Shown here: positions 1-12,127 of the stretch, one piece after another
How positions within the stretch are numbered: position 1 is the first letter of the stretch
Layout: every line of letters starts with the position of its first letter
Source: Lama glama
Lineage: Eukaryota
Assembly: GCA_028534125.1 (NCBI GenBank)
Contig: CM052828.1
Span: forward strand, 43,028,001-43,092,000
DNA: 64,000 bases
Direction of reading: 5' to 3'
Translations under genes and position numbers: made by a program
Notes under the pieces: model-generated
Seen by the model: only the letters and a program-made list of their open reading frames with translations
Databases searched by the model: none
What the model was told of the DNA's origin: nothing

Positions 1-2650
1 CAAATAAATCCTGTCTTCCTCAGATGTGTCAGTTTGGTACACTATCCATGAGGTGGTAAGCAGTATGCTTTGAATTACAGGAATTGTGGATATGGCCAAC
101 TGAACATTGGGTCCCCAGGAATAAAACGGATGAACAGTGCACTAAAGAATATTTTGTCTGTAATGAGATGAAAACACATGTAATTTATTCTCTTCTTGGA
201 AGCTTCAAATTGAAAGCTTTCCCTCAGTTTTCAGATTTAAGGAAATTCATATACCCAGAACTCCACTGACTAAAAGCAAGTTAGAATTTGTTACTAGGTA
301 GTCATCCAACTACAGCCCGTCGTTCGGCAGCATCAGCATCCCCCGGGAACGTATTATAAATGCGAATTCACTGGGGCATATCACAGGCAGCTAGATTAGA
401 GACTCAGGTTTGGGGCTCAGAACACTGTCTTTTAAAAAGTCCTCCAGGTGATTCTCGATTCATCCTATGGTTTGAGAACCACTGTTCTTAAGGAAGAAAT
501 GTACAACTTTTGCATGATTTACCAAACCTGCCCTGAGGAGAGCTGTGCTCCTTTATCGGGGCGACTGTGTACCAGGAAATAGATATATTCATAGATCTGG
601 GAGATTTTTAAATATTCGTTTTAAATAGTCCCTACTCCTTAGGCAGCCAAAATATCAAGTTTGGGCTCAAGTTTATCTCACAGAAGGCTCAGTAAGTCCC
701 GAATGTTTTCTGAAGTTACCTCTTGAGTTTTTGAAGGAAAAGTTAAACTAGACATACATCAAATGGCATAATCTATACCTTGGTTCTCTGATGCGTGAAG
801 TGAGGTCTGCTCTTGCTGGAAGAACCAAGTAGACACCCCTGGGTGGGACTGTCATTTGCAATATCCTCAAAGCCTTGTGAGGTAAAGAACTGATATTCTC
901 ATCACCCTTTATGTCTGTCTGGTGGAAAATCAAACATATCTTGCAGTCAGGCAGTGACTGTAATCACAGTTAAGGCCAGTGATAGGGCAGTTTTGCTGTA
1001 AATCAGCATGGTCTCTGGCATCTGGTAGCGGTTAGGACCTGGTAAAGTCATTCTTTTCATGACAGTCAAAAAAGATATCACAAGCTGTGGCAGGGAACAG
1101 AAGTCCAACTTAATTCTTATTCCGCAGTACTCATTCAGCTTTGCTGCTGAGTGTCTTATATAGTCTTTTAGGATGTTGATTAGACGTCCCATATTGATTC
1201 ACACTAGCTGACTTTATTACTGACATCCTGATATTCACATAGTAGAATCTGGTGAGCAGGAGGTATCAGGTACCCTAGGAGCCTAAGAAAAATGCATGTG
1301 CTAGAGCTGAAGTGCAGGAGAAAAATCATGACAAATACCCAGGAACCTGTCGCTGCAGTGAACTGTCTAGGATTTTAATGGTGGAGAATGTTGACCATTC
1401 TTTCTACATAGAAGCCAACAGGCTTTACCTTGTGCTTCATACCACTAGGAAAAAGGCATAATCTTTTGGGGGCCTTTTTGGATTTGGAAGCAACACATAC
1501 CATATTTATAATTAGGTATGCTGCTCCAACCTGTATACTGTGTAACCTGTATTAGGAATCTTAGTAAATTGTCAGCAAGCCAACACGCTTTCCTGAGACC
1601 GTGTACAAGAGATGGCTCTACAGTAGTTACAGTATGAGAAAATGTGCCATTTTTGTCCTGGTGACATTGCAGATATAACATTGCTCAAAGTGTCGTTGGT
1701 AAGAATGCTATGTGGGGTCTTAGGGCAGCCCCAAAGGAGAATCACAGACCAGATGCCTATGAAAAGCCATGTCTTTTCCTGCTAAGAGCCATTCTTCTTT
1801 TGAGAAGCAGATGGCATGAAAGAGTGGTGGAATGGCCAACAAAATCCTCAGTTATGGTGGTGTTTGGGAGAAAACACCCTCTGACTTCAAATTGTAATAT
1901 ATGAGTGAACCAGGGACCAGTATATGAAGCTATCACCAGAAACAAGTCAAGGGACAAGGGATAGGAATGGCAGTGGCCCTTTTCTGCCCCACTGCTGTAT
2001 CTAGTAACGCAGTCACCTTCGGGCTGTGCTGTTCAAAACTCAGCGCTGGTTCCCAAGGAAGAAATCTTTCCCACAATGATCCTATTAAAGTTGAAGTTGA
2101 GAAGGCTTTCTATATGTTTAGGGCATTCTTGTATCACTGAAAAAAAAAATGTAGAGAAAGGGGTTTCTTTGTTGGCTAGGGTGATTGGTCTTCATTACCA
2201 AGCATAACTAGTGTTTAGGACGGCTTCATGACTGTTTAGAAAAACACGACTGGCTTCTATGCATAACTTTGTTACATAGCTATATATGTATGTAGTTGTA
2301 TGTGTATATACATGTGTATTTACACTCCAGTTTTAAGTATTTTCTCCCTTTTACTTTCTCCTATTAATTTGGATGAGGAGTGTTGGAAGGGATTAATTTA
2401 TGAGTGATGAAATTATAAGTTCAGAGATTATGAAAATAAAAGGAGCTGCATCTGGACCTCATGGGGGAGATGGTGATACATGGAGATCTTTGCACTTGAG
2501 TTTGTTGCAAGGATTAATGGAGCTTTGTGGCTCTCATTGCGAAAGAAAGGAAAAAGGAAGGCGGGAGAAAGGGAAGGAGAGAAGGAGGGCTTCTATTATA
2601 TAACATACAGTTGACTCATGTCAGGTGAGTGCATGTTAAATATGTGTAAA
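1..2650 (+). mobile_element. Highly decayed ERV-L internal region (gag C-terminus, protease, RT, dUTPase remnants), interrupted by MER5A and truncated by the window edge
   Basis: ORF 84-269 LWIWPTEHWVPRNKTDE resembles ERV-L gag LWHWLIxHGVPRxEID. GGTGAGCAGGAGGTA (GEQEV) lies near 1251, a frameshifted GLFGFWKQHIP near 1470-1503, AMSFPAKSHSSFEKQ near 1767-1811, and dUTPase-like LVPKE...LKLKL...VIG near 2045-2200. Colinear with the better-preserved copy at 29-34 kb. Confidence 0.85.
299..484 (+). mobile_element. MER5A (hAT-Charlie non-autonomous DNA transposon)
   Basis: GCAGCATCAGCATC...AAATGCGAATTC...CCTCCAGGTGATTCT...TTTGAGAACCACTG matches the recalled MER5A consensus. Degenerate 8-bp TSD TTACTAGG / TTCTTAAG. 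Confidence 0.9.
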
Positions 2651-2689
2651 ATGTGAAAATGAATGTCAAAGAGTGAAAGAGAAAGACTA

Positions 2690-3155
2690 TTGTTAGACCT
2701 TCCTTCCCCTGTCCCCTGATCTGCTGTGTATCTTGGCAGGGGGTTGGAGGAATAGTGGCGATAACTATTGCTTTATTTTATTTTCCAGACTCCGGTATCA
2801 ACCAGATCCTTCCTGAGAGTACCAGCAAGGTATTGGAAGTACCGCTCCTTTTCTACATCAGGTAACCTCTTTGTAGTTTTCTTTTATGTCTTCAATTCCC
2901 ACTCCCACCAAGCAGACAAAGGTGCTGTGGTTTTGCTTTTTTAATTGACCAAGGCTCCTGAATACAAGAACACCATCCCCTGTTTGCCTTTCCCGGGGAG
3001 GCAAAGCTAGTAGCCTCGTGCTGTTTTTTAGTTCTGGATCATCTCGTAAGCCTTTTGTAGCTTTCAGATTCTTCACCACCTATTTAATGCAGTAATTCCC
3101 TTTGTGCAAAATTTTTAAAGAGGTTTCTCTTTTCCTAGCTAGATCCTAGTGGTAG
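2690..3155 (+). mobile_element. Putative old ERV-L-class LTR (3' LTR of the first relic)
   Basis: Follows the internal region and ends in GTTTCTCTTTTCCTAGCTAGATCCTAGTGGTA, resembling ERVL LTR ends (gtttcctgactggaccctgactgataca). Family unresolved. Confidence 0.4.
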
Positions 3156-3668
3156 AGATCTTGAGAACTGCCATCCCGTTGCAAAGCAACAGCTTCAGGT
3201 GAGGTCAGTGCAAGATTTTCAGACCAGTAGAGGCAAACCGATGCAGAAAGAGACAAACAGTAGGAGGGACTTGGGGATCGTTAAGGCTTCACGGCAGAGG
3301 CTTCTTTGCGCTACTACATATGATTACTGCTTTCACTCTGGTGATGATTATTTGAAGGGTTCATGTGATCCTTCTGGCCAGGATAAGATTTAATGTATCC
3401 TGCTTTGCCATTTAAAATTAAATTTTTATAAGAATGGAATGTCTGAACAATACATGTATAAGTGTATGCATGCATATAGATATATGATTCTATTATGAGA
3501 ATTCATGGACATTGTTATATCTATTTTGAGGTATATTTGAGATATTTTCAAGGGGTATCTAATAGGAATCATTTCCGTTTTTCCTTCAGAATAGGGATGT
3601 AACCTGCTCTCGTTGTAATTAATATCTAGCCTTACTTTGATTATTGTCAGGTCTCCCGTATGTAATGG

Positions 3669-4082
3669 TGTATTAGTTTGCTAGAATTGCCATGGCAAAA
3701 TACTNNNNNNNNNNNNNNNNNNNNNNNNNNNNNNNNNNNNNNNNNNNNNNNNNNNNNNNNNNNNNNNNNNNNNNNNNNNNNNNNNNNNNNNNNNNNNNNN
3801 NNNNNNNNNNNNNNNNNNNNNNNNNNNNNNNNNNNNNNNNNNNNNNNNNTGTCCTCTCCTCATGTCTTCACATGGTCTTCCGTGTGTATCTGTCTGTCTA
3901 TTTCCAGATTTCTTCTTCTTATAAGGACACCGATCATACTGGATTAAGGACTGCCCTAATCACCTCATTTTACCTTAACTCCCTCTTTAAAGACTCTGTC
4001 TTCAAATACAATGACATTATAAGATACTGGGAGTTTGGAATCAATACCTGAATTTGAGGGGTGCAAAATTCAGCCCATAACA
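3669..4082 (-). mobile_element. MLT1B-like MaLR solo LTR
   Basis: TGTATTAGTTTGCTAG...TTCTTATAAGGACAC...TTCAGCCCATAACA. 5-bp TSD AATGG (3664-3668) / AATAG (4083-4087). Contains an N gap. Confidence 0.9.
3705..3849. other. Assembly gap (145 N)
   Basis: Run of N. Confidence 1.
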
Positions 4083-4087
4083 AATAG

Positions 4088-5486
4088 AGGCAGTATTTGT
4101 TTCCCCAGAATCATATCTTTTCCTATAGCAAAGACATGTCTAGCCCATCGCCCCCTTACCCTGTGTGTAGCCTTATCACCAGGTTTTGGCAAATGAATAC
4201 AAACAGAAGTGATGAATATTGCTCATGCCTAAGGTTTTCAAGAATTATTTGTTCCTTCTTTATGCCCTTTTCCTTCTTCTGCTATCTGGATGATTTGAAT
4301 GAAGAGCCCCTAAACTAGAGGATTTGGGGCTATGAAATAGAAAGTGCTCGAGTAAATTACTCATTGCATGAAGAAAAATCACTGGCTCTATAACCAGGTC
4401 CACAGGCTTCATGTTTGTTAGCTTTTAACTGATGTTTTAGCAAGAAGAAAAGGCAAGAATTGGCTGATTTCAGAGCAGAAGTGGAAAGAAATAGTAGTGA
4501 GAAAGTTGGGGCCACATCTGTTTGAAAAAGGCAAAGATTCTAGGTCCTAAATAGTAAGAGAATACCAGAGAAAGGATTTGCATGACAAAAACACATGCAG
4601 ATTTCTTAGTTAAAAAGGGACTTTCAGTCTTCCAGCCAAAATTATATTAGGGGAGTTTCCTTCCTATCTAACCTAAATGTTTCAAAGGCATGATGGCAAG
4701 AAAAAAGAAACTCAAGATTGAAAGTATAACTAGGAAAGAACTTTGGTGTGTTTATTAGCATGTAACTGACTAGTAGCAAATTAATCAGAAATCTACCTTT
4801 AAATAATATTATTACCAAGTGAATAAAAAGCATCATGTAAATGTCTTGCAGTTCTAAAACAACTTTAGGGCTTTATGTCTTTGCAGCAGAAGGAAGCACC
4901 AATCTCCCAAGTAGAACATACTCTTCTTAGACCTGAATAACGTGCTCCAGCGAAGGTGGTGGACTTTGAGATTCGATGAGTACCTGGTATAGGCATTGGG
5001 TTTTCTTACTTGGGTTGCGAGACAATATAGTATGTGAGTTGGAATAAGGCTGCAAATGAATTCCTGTAGACCAGGAGGACAGGCTGCGGAAGATAGGGCT
5101 AATTGTTCCTCCTAAAATCCATCTCCTCTCTCTTGCATGTATACTTAGATTACATCTCCCAGAATCCCTTGAAACTGGGGGAGGTCATATTACGGGTTTT
5201 CAGCCAATGAAATTTCAGTAGAAGTGATATGTGCAACTTCCAGGTTTTGCTCAAAAAAACCTCTCACACTAGATGATCCAGTATTTGTCTCCTTTCATAA
5301 ATCGGATGTTGGCTCCTAGTGCTTCTTTCAGCTGAGTGACTGAATTTTTTGTAGCAGTGTCCCACTTCCCCAACCTCTGCTGACCAGAAGACATTAGACT
5401 GATATAAGTGAGAAATAACTTCTATTTTGTTAAGACATTAAAATGCAGAGATTCACTAGAGTGGCTAGCATAGTTTCATTATTATA
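4088..5486 (+). mobile_element. MLT1I/J-like MaLR element: 5' LTR remnant, internal sequence and 3' LTR (about 5083-5486)
   Basis: Two copies of the (G)CCAATGAAAT...AGAAGTGAT LTR motif (near 4190 and 5205). The internal part has the MaLR-int-like GCAAGAATTGGCTGATTTCAGAGCAGAA. PPT-like CCAGGAGGACAGGC precedes the 3' LTR, which ends with GAGAAATAACTTCTATTTTGTTAAG. Confidence 0.7.
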
Positions 5487-6308
5487 TTCCACCCACTTTT
5501 ATGTATTATTCTGTATTACCAGTACAAAAGTAGGGTTCCAGGAGCAAATTTATTGACTTCTTGAGTATTTATCATTTCTTTTGCAATTTTTATTTAAAAA
5601 AATCATTTAGTTGATCAAAATTCACAGCCTTTAATGTGAATTTTGATGACTAATGAGGGATTTTGATGTTGAAAATATAAGAGGGGGCAGAAAACTTGGG
5701 AAGAAAATAGAGATTATAAGTCTAGACAGTGAATTCTGTTTTCTTTAGGGTTTGTGTAATGACTAGCTACACGCTTGCATAGCAACAGAGAAAATTCGCT
5801 CTTGTTCCCTCATTTCAGTTTTATGTTCATCATAGTGTGTCTGAGTGATAAAATGACTAGATCAGAAGTACTAGCCATCTGCACTTCTCCTGCCTGGCCA
5901 CTGTAAAAGGCCGAGTGGTACATGCATGGCCCCCTGTGTAAACAGATAAAGATTCCAGTTAGGAGCAGGAATGTTGATTTTCTGTTGTGTCTCTGGCTTT
6001 GCACACTTTTGGAAGGTAAATAGTCACAGTTGTCAGAAAAGAAGTGTTCAGTGGTGACAATATATTAGAAAAGCAATCTACCTCTTTTTTTGTTCATTTT
6101 ATTCTTCAATTAATCATGATATGTTAGACTATCTTCAATATTCCCTCCCCCAATATTTCCCTACATTGCTTTTGCAACTGAAGTTTCCACTGTTGTAGAA
6201 CCATTTCAGTCATGGAGTCTGATAAATAATAATAACAACAACTGTGTGAGTTGTAAGTCTGAAATTTTTGCTTCTCTCTGCAATACAGGAATCTAGGCTT
6301 GTTTAATT

Positions 6309-6808
6309 NNNNNNNNNNNNNNNNNNNNNNNNNNNNNNNNNNNNNNNNNNNNNNNNNNNNNNNNNNNNNNNNNNNNNNNNNNNNNNNNNNNNNNNNNNNN
6401 NNNNNNNNNNNNNNNNNNNNNNNNNNNNNNNNNNNNNNNNNNNNNNNNNNNNNNNNNNNNNNNNNNNNNNNNNNNNNNNNNNNNNNNNNNNNNNNNNNNN
6501 NNNNNNNNNNNNNNNNNNNNNNNNNNNNNNNNNNNNNNNNNNNNNNNNNNNNNNNNNNNNNNNNNNNNNNNNNNNNNNNNNNNNNNNNNNNNNNNNNNNN
6601 NNNNNNNNNNNNNNNNNNNNNNNNNNNNNNNNNNNNNNNNNNNNNNNNNNNNNNNNNNNNNNNNNNNNNNNNNNNNNNNNNNNNNNNNNNNNNNNNNNNN
6701 NNNNNNNNNNNNNNNNNNNNNNNNNNNNNNNNNNNNNNNNNNNNNNNNNNNNNNNNNNNNNNNNNNNNNNNNNNNNNNNNNNNNNNNNNNNNNNNNNNNN
6801 NNNNNNNN
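6309..6808. other. Assembly gap (500 N)
   Basis: Run of N; the round length suggests an estimated or placeholder size. Confidence 1.
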
Positions 6809-7026
6809 ACTTGTCTGGAAGGACTTTCCACCACTTAAACTTGTGAGAATCGCTACATTTGGATGGAGAGATGGGAACATGAACTGGCTGGAAAACGGAT
6901 GTCTGTTCACATATTCATTTTTGCCCTTGTTAATGATATTCTTAAAACATGGTATGTTGGGTAAATTTTTTAGTGAACTTTTATGTATTTGGTTAAATAG
7001 GAACTAAAGTAAACAAAAAGTTCAGG

Positions 7027-7241
7027 CAGTGCAGCATTGAGATGTACTAAGTATGTGGACTCTGAGCCAGACATCCTGGCTTTAAATATTGCCTTTGCCA
7101 CTTGTCAGCTCTATGCCCTTGGGTAATTTGCATAACTTCCCTCTGCCTCAGTTTCCTCATTTGCAGAATAGAAATGATTGTAACTCTAAAGTGCAAATAG
7201 TGCATGGTAAATCATGAGCACTCTTTAGTGGTAAGCTATTA
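7027..7241 (+). mobile_element. MIR SINE
   Basis: GGACTCTGAGCCAGAC...GCCACTT...CCTTGGGTAA...CTCTGCCTCAGTTTCCTCATTTG core. Confidence 0.85.
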
Positions 7242-7569
7242 ATCTTGAAAGAATAATGGCCTGTATAATATTTTAAGGATAATCTTTACAAGCCATATTG
7301 AGTTACATTTATTAAACCATGGTATATTTTAATTAATTATAATTAAGACCTGCATCCAGGCCTCTGTGGTATAGAATGTACCAGGAGTTCTAGAACCAAA
7401 AAAAGGGAAAGTAATTAAATGTGTATGGTCTATGGTCCAACATTTAAAAGTTATGTTTTGTGTATTATATAAGAATATTTTCTATTTTTCCAAATATCCT
7501 CTCAATTCAGGAAAAGCAGCTTAGTTTTCCAATCAGCATTCGCAGGAAGCACAGATTTCTCTTTCCCAG

Positions 7570-7905
7570 CACCGTGTTTTGGCACCATTGTTTCTCCATC
7601 AGGAATGCTGCTCCTCTGACTTAAGGTCCCTCCTTGCTTTCCTTTACACTTCAGTTTAAAAATTTCTTCAAAAGGACCTTCCTTCTGACCTCATCTAAAA
7701 CAGCCATCACTCCTTACTTTTCTTTAAAGTGCCTGTAAGTACATGAAGTCATCATATGCATTTGACTCCTCACTTGTTTTCTGCTTTTTCCGCTAGGAAG
7801 ATAAAAATAACTTCTGTTTTGTATCTTTATATTCCCAGTGTCCAGTTGAACGCCAAGCACATAGTAAGTGTTCTACAAATATTAATTGAATGAATGAGTG
7901 AATGA
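7570..7905 (+). mobile_element. L2 LINE 3' end
   Basis: Ends GCACATAGTAAGTGTTCTACAAATATTAATTGAATGAATGAGTGAATGA, the typical L2 (TGAA)n tail. Confidence 0.8.
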
Positions 7906-8689
7906 TCTCAGCTAATCAGATTGCTATTCTTACATTACACTGTTTGCTTTTGGCTATTTGCTTCTCTTAGATTTTATCCAGGAAAACCTTGATCTATATT
8001 TAGCATTTTCATATAAGCCTGAACTATTTCTCTCTCCCCTCTCTTTTCCCCCAGCACTGTCTCAGGGCTGCTGACCTATGTTAACAGCCTTCCCAACTTC
8101 CAAGTGTCCTAGAACTCAAAATGATTTATATGTAGTAGACAAGAAGGTCAGGTATCATTTTATGTGGAAGAAATGAAAAGTTTGTACAAAAACAACATGC
8201 TTATTGGAGAATGTAGATAATAGACTGAACATAACACTATCTGAATTCTTTTGACAGCTTTCATCACTGTCACAAAAACTCAGTCAATGGCTGACACTTC
8301 CCATTGAACTGTTGACCATCATAACTCAGTGTTTAATTATATACATTTTACCAAATGATGGTTAAATATATTCATTATTTAACCAACTGTATGAATATAT
8401 ATTCACTGGATGTGAGTTCTGTGCCCTCCCCCTAAAGTAATGTGTTCTGTTTGTTGCCATGGTGTTCTAAGTCGTTCATTAGGGGAAATTATTGTCTTTT
8501 AATGTGATTCTATGGCTTTCTTTCTCTTGCCTACTTCTGCTCAGCAAGATGAAATGTGCACATCTAATTATTATTACTAAGTGCATGGTAGTCCTAGGGT
8601 TGCTTCAATTATCTCTCTGTATATTTGTAAATATGCCACCTTCTCAGACATTCATGCTAATGTAAGGGATCAGTGATGTGGATGTACCA

Positions 8690-9113
8690 TGTATGAGCTT
8701 ACTAGGGCTGCCATAAAAAAGTGCTATAAACTTAATAGTTGCAAAAGCATAAATATATTGGTCCACCATTCCAGAGCCTATGAGTCAAAGATCAGGATGT
8801 TGTCACGGCTGATTCCTTCTGAGGGAAGTAAAGGAAAATTCCTTTGCCTCTCTTAGCTTCTGGTAGTTTGCTGGAAATATTTGGTATCACTTGGCTTATG
8901 GAAGCATCACCCCAATCCCTGCTCGTGTGGCATTCTCCTCCTGCGTATGTCTGCTCTTCACATTTCCTGTTTTTATAAGGACCCACCCTGCTCCAGTATG
9001 ACCTCAACTTACATCTGCAACAACGCTGTTTTCAAATAAGTTCACATTCTGAGATACTGGAGATTAGAACTGTATCACAAGAATTTTTAGATGAAACAGT
9101 TTAACCCATAACA
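8690..9113 (-). mobile_element. MLT1C-like MaLR solo LTR
   Basis: TGTATGAGCTTACTAGGGCTGCCATAA...CTTGGCTTATGGAAGCATCACCCCAATC...TTAACCCATAACA. Confidence 0.88.
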
Positions 9114-9553
9114 AGTTATATGATTCCATCATGATATTTAAACATAAGCCACCCAGATTGTCTTTATCTAACAACTGTATGTTCCACTGAAGAGAAAAGA
9201 ATGTTAATCAGTCGTTTAAGGATTTGGTTTATTTGTGGCAAATTAGTAAAAACCTGAATTTATTCAACATCATTTACTTTGTGGACACAGTTTTTCTAAT
9301 TTGTAGATTTGTTTATGTGCTTGCGTTTATGTGTCGTATCTGCTTCTATTTTCTACCTACTTAACTCTGGAGATGAGAAGAAGGGAAATATCAGAAGTTC
9401 TACATTGTTGGTATATTTCTATTATGACAGTATCCTTTAAGTTTCCATAATATTTCTTCCTTACAATCCTTTCACACTGCCAATTACGCTTTAGTTTTTA
9501 ACTTCTATTTATCTGTTTTTTAACTTTATTTGCATCTATTCTCTCCAAGTGTA

Positions 9554-9640
9554 TTTTTTTTAATGGAGGTACTAGGGATTGAACCCAGGATCTTGTCCAT
9601 GCTAAGCAAGTGCTCTACCACTGAGCTAATTCCCACCCCC
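9554..9640 (-). mobile_element. tRNA-Ala(AGC)-derived camelid SINE (vic-1 type)
   Basis: Reverse complement GGGAATTAGCTCAGTGGTAGAGCACTTGCTTAGCATGGACAAGATCCTGGGTTCAATCCCTAGTACCTCCA followed by an A-rich tail; A and B boxes present. Confidence 0.9.
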
Positions 9641-11891
9641 GTCCAAAGCTATGTTTTGACAAGTAAACACAATTAGCAAATTAGTAGGAAGCTACACAAT
9701 TCGGGCAGTGAGGAACTCAAAAACGCGGCCACCCACTGTAGATTATCCTCAGGTAAATGTAGGCCACCTTTTCAGAAAATAAACTCATCAACAGTACCTT
9801 GATACTCATTTACCTTAATCGTATTCAAAAAAACCAAGAAGCAGCCTGGCCTTAACATGTGAAAGTCATTGATTTGGGTATGTCAGAGAAATTTAAAAAT
9901 AGAGATTCTATTTCCAGATAAAGGACTTCAGTTATCTGATTTTAATACCAAAGAAAATTTCTGTCTAATTTGTTAAAAATGGGAAAAAGAAAAAAAGCAC
10001 TCGAGTGCACTTAGAAACCAGCTAGTGAGTGAAGTTTTCAGAGACGTGCAATATACTCTCCTTTAAAAGAAACGGGCTTTCATCCCTGAGTATATTTTGA
10101 ACACCACTTAATATGCAACTACGTTAATTTTTTTTATCTGCACTAAAGGTAATAAAGTTGGTAAGGATAATTAAAATTAGAGTCTATGCTTGTATTAACA
10201 TTTCTGTTCACCAGTTCATTTTTTTTTTTCTTTCTGAATGTCTTAGGGAAAGTTAATGCATCCAAATCAACTTTTGTAAGGCTGGCATAATGACAGGTTA
10301 CACAGTAGTTTACTTTCAAGTCACCAACCCTTTTATAGTTTAAGCCCTGTTTTAAAAGTGCACCTAATGAGGTCAACAACCGTCAGATAGAGAACAGAAA
10401 TGTCAGCCTGGGCTAAATCTGACAATTTGCTCATTATTCACTGTCAAGAATAGCTTATGAACTTTTAATGATAATTCCTAATGAGAAAACCCCCAAATGG
10501 AGCACAAAGTAATTAGAGGAAATGGGACTGGTCTACATGATAGACTTTGATATATTTCATCCCCGTGACTTCACCACTTTGTGAAATAACACACAGATTT
10601 TAAAATAACTTATTTACAGTAATGCCTATGACCTATGGAATACTATCTTTCATAATCTGTGCTTATTTATGTCACTAATTTCTGGATCAAGATTAGTCAT
10701 TTTTTTCCTTTCCTAGAAGTAAAAATAGGAAGTTGAGTTTAAATAGAAGAAACCTATATTGAAAACATGCTATTTATTCAATTTGCTTATTTTTCAAATC
10801 TGCTGCTGCTCTTCAACTCTGTCTAACCCTTCACATACCCTGCTGAGTCTTCTTCGAGGGGTCTCACATCTGTTCTTAAGGAGGTGCAGAGAGGAGTGGG
10901 TTGGAATTTGAGAGAAACACCGGGGCGCACTGGGCTGGAAAGGATTCTATATATTGCCGAGTCTCTTCACCTGCTGCCCTGGTGCCCTCTGACAGTGGCA
11001 ACATGCCTCCTGCTGCCCGCTGGGTCAGGAGCCTTCCTCACAGGCCAGGTAACAGCGAACAGCGGACAGCTCTACTCTAAGGAGAACGCTGAGCCAGTTC
11101 TGCTTTCAGTGGAAAGCTCAACAGTGGGAGGACAGACGTAGGGAAGGGATTTTGTTATAAAATGATAAATAGACATTGACACATAACATGTGTGTTACTA
11201 GAAGAGGGCACATCTGGGATTTCTTCATAGTGTCTAAACTGAGAGCTAGTTACTTATACAGTTGGGACTTAATACCTTAATACATAAAATAAGTAGATGA
11301 GGCTAGACACGGTCCCAGAACTGAGGTGTAGGGTGCAGCCGTGCCACACTAGGAACAGTGGTCTGAGGGGCTGGAGGGGGGCCTCTGCCCGCGGCCCTCT
11401 ATGAGTAAGTGAAACCAAACTAAGCACAAAGGAAAAGAAAAGACTAGATGACGTATAGTGTTTCTGTCTAACTCCCTTGGTCTGTGTTTTCTGAATGTAT
11501 GACATCGCAGTGAGCGTGGGCAGTTACTCACTGGCAGGCGGTTACTCTGGGCTGCCTCATCCCCACTTCCCCCAAATACAGCTGCATTGCTTTTCCATTA
11601 ACAGTGTTTCCTTTGCCATGCTGTTACAGAATCAGAGGGTAGAAGCTGAGAAAATGAAAAAAAATAGTGATATATTGATTAAACGTAAGTAAATGGATCT
11701 GAAGAAGCCAGAACACTCAGTCTCCTGCATGATGGCGATCTTTATCTGATATCTGTCTTACGCCGCCCGAAATGTTTTTTTTCTCCTCTGGTCATCTACC
11801 TGACATTTGGTCAATTAGCTATGCCTTTGAGTTACCAAAACTTTACTTAAATACATCCTGAAGATTAGTTTAATACTAAGGTGAAGAGAAC

Positions 11892-12127
11892 ACTTTTTTT
11901 TCCTTTTTTTTTAAAATTGAAATATAGTCCGTTTACAATGTAGTGTTAATTTCTGGTGTACAGCATAGTGATTCAGTTACACACACACACACACACAGAC
12001 ACACACACACATATATATATATCTATTCCTTTTTATATTATTTTTCATGATAAGCTATAGACACAGTATTGAATAGTGCCCTGTGCTGTACAGTAGGACC
12101 TTGCAGTTTATTTTACCTACAGTAGTT
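11892..12127 (-). mobile_element. Artiodactyl L1 3' end, 5'-truncated, with embedded (CA)n(TA)n
   Basis: Poly-T then TTGAAATATAG...TTTACAATGT...TCTGGTGTACAGCATAGTGATTCAG...CCCTGTGCTGTACAGTAGGACCTTG. Confidence 0.9.

Noticed and set aside
3678-6910. Long ORFs (up to 236 aa) in the ORF track around 3.7-4.0 kb and 6.1-6.9 kb
   Set aside because: They are artefacts of translating through N gaps.
8030-8152. Strong acceptor (TCTCTTTTCCCCCAG at 8054) with a downstream GT
   Set aside because: All three frames contain stops and the donors are weak; no support for a coding exon.
9554-9640. Genuine tRNA-Ala gene (also 34712-34790)
   Set aside because: A-rich tails, a TSD on the second copy and broken stem pairing identify these as tRNA-derived SINEs.
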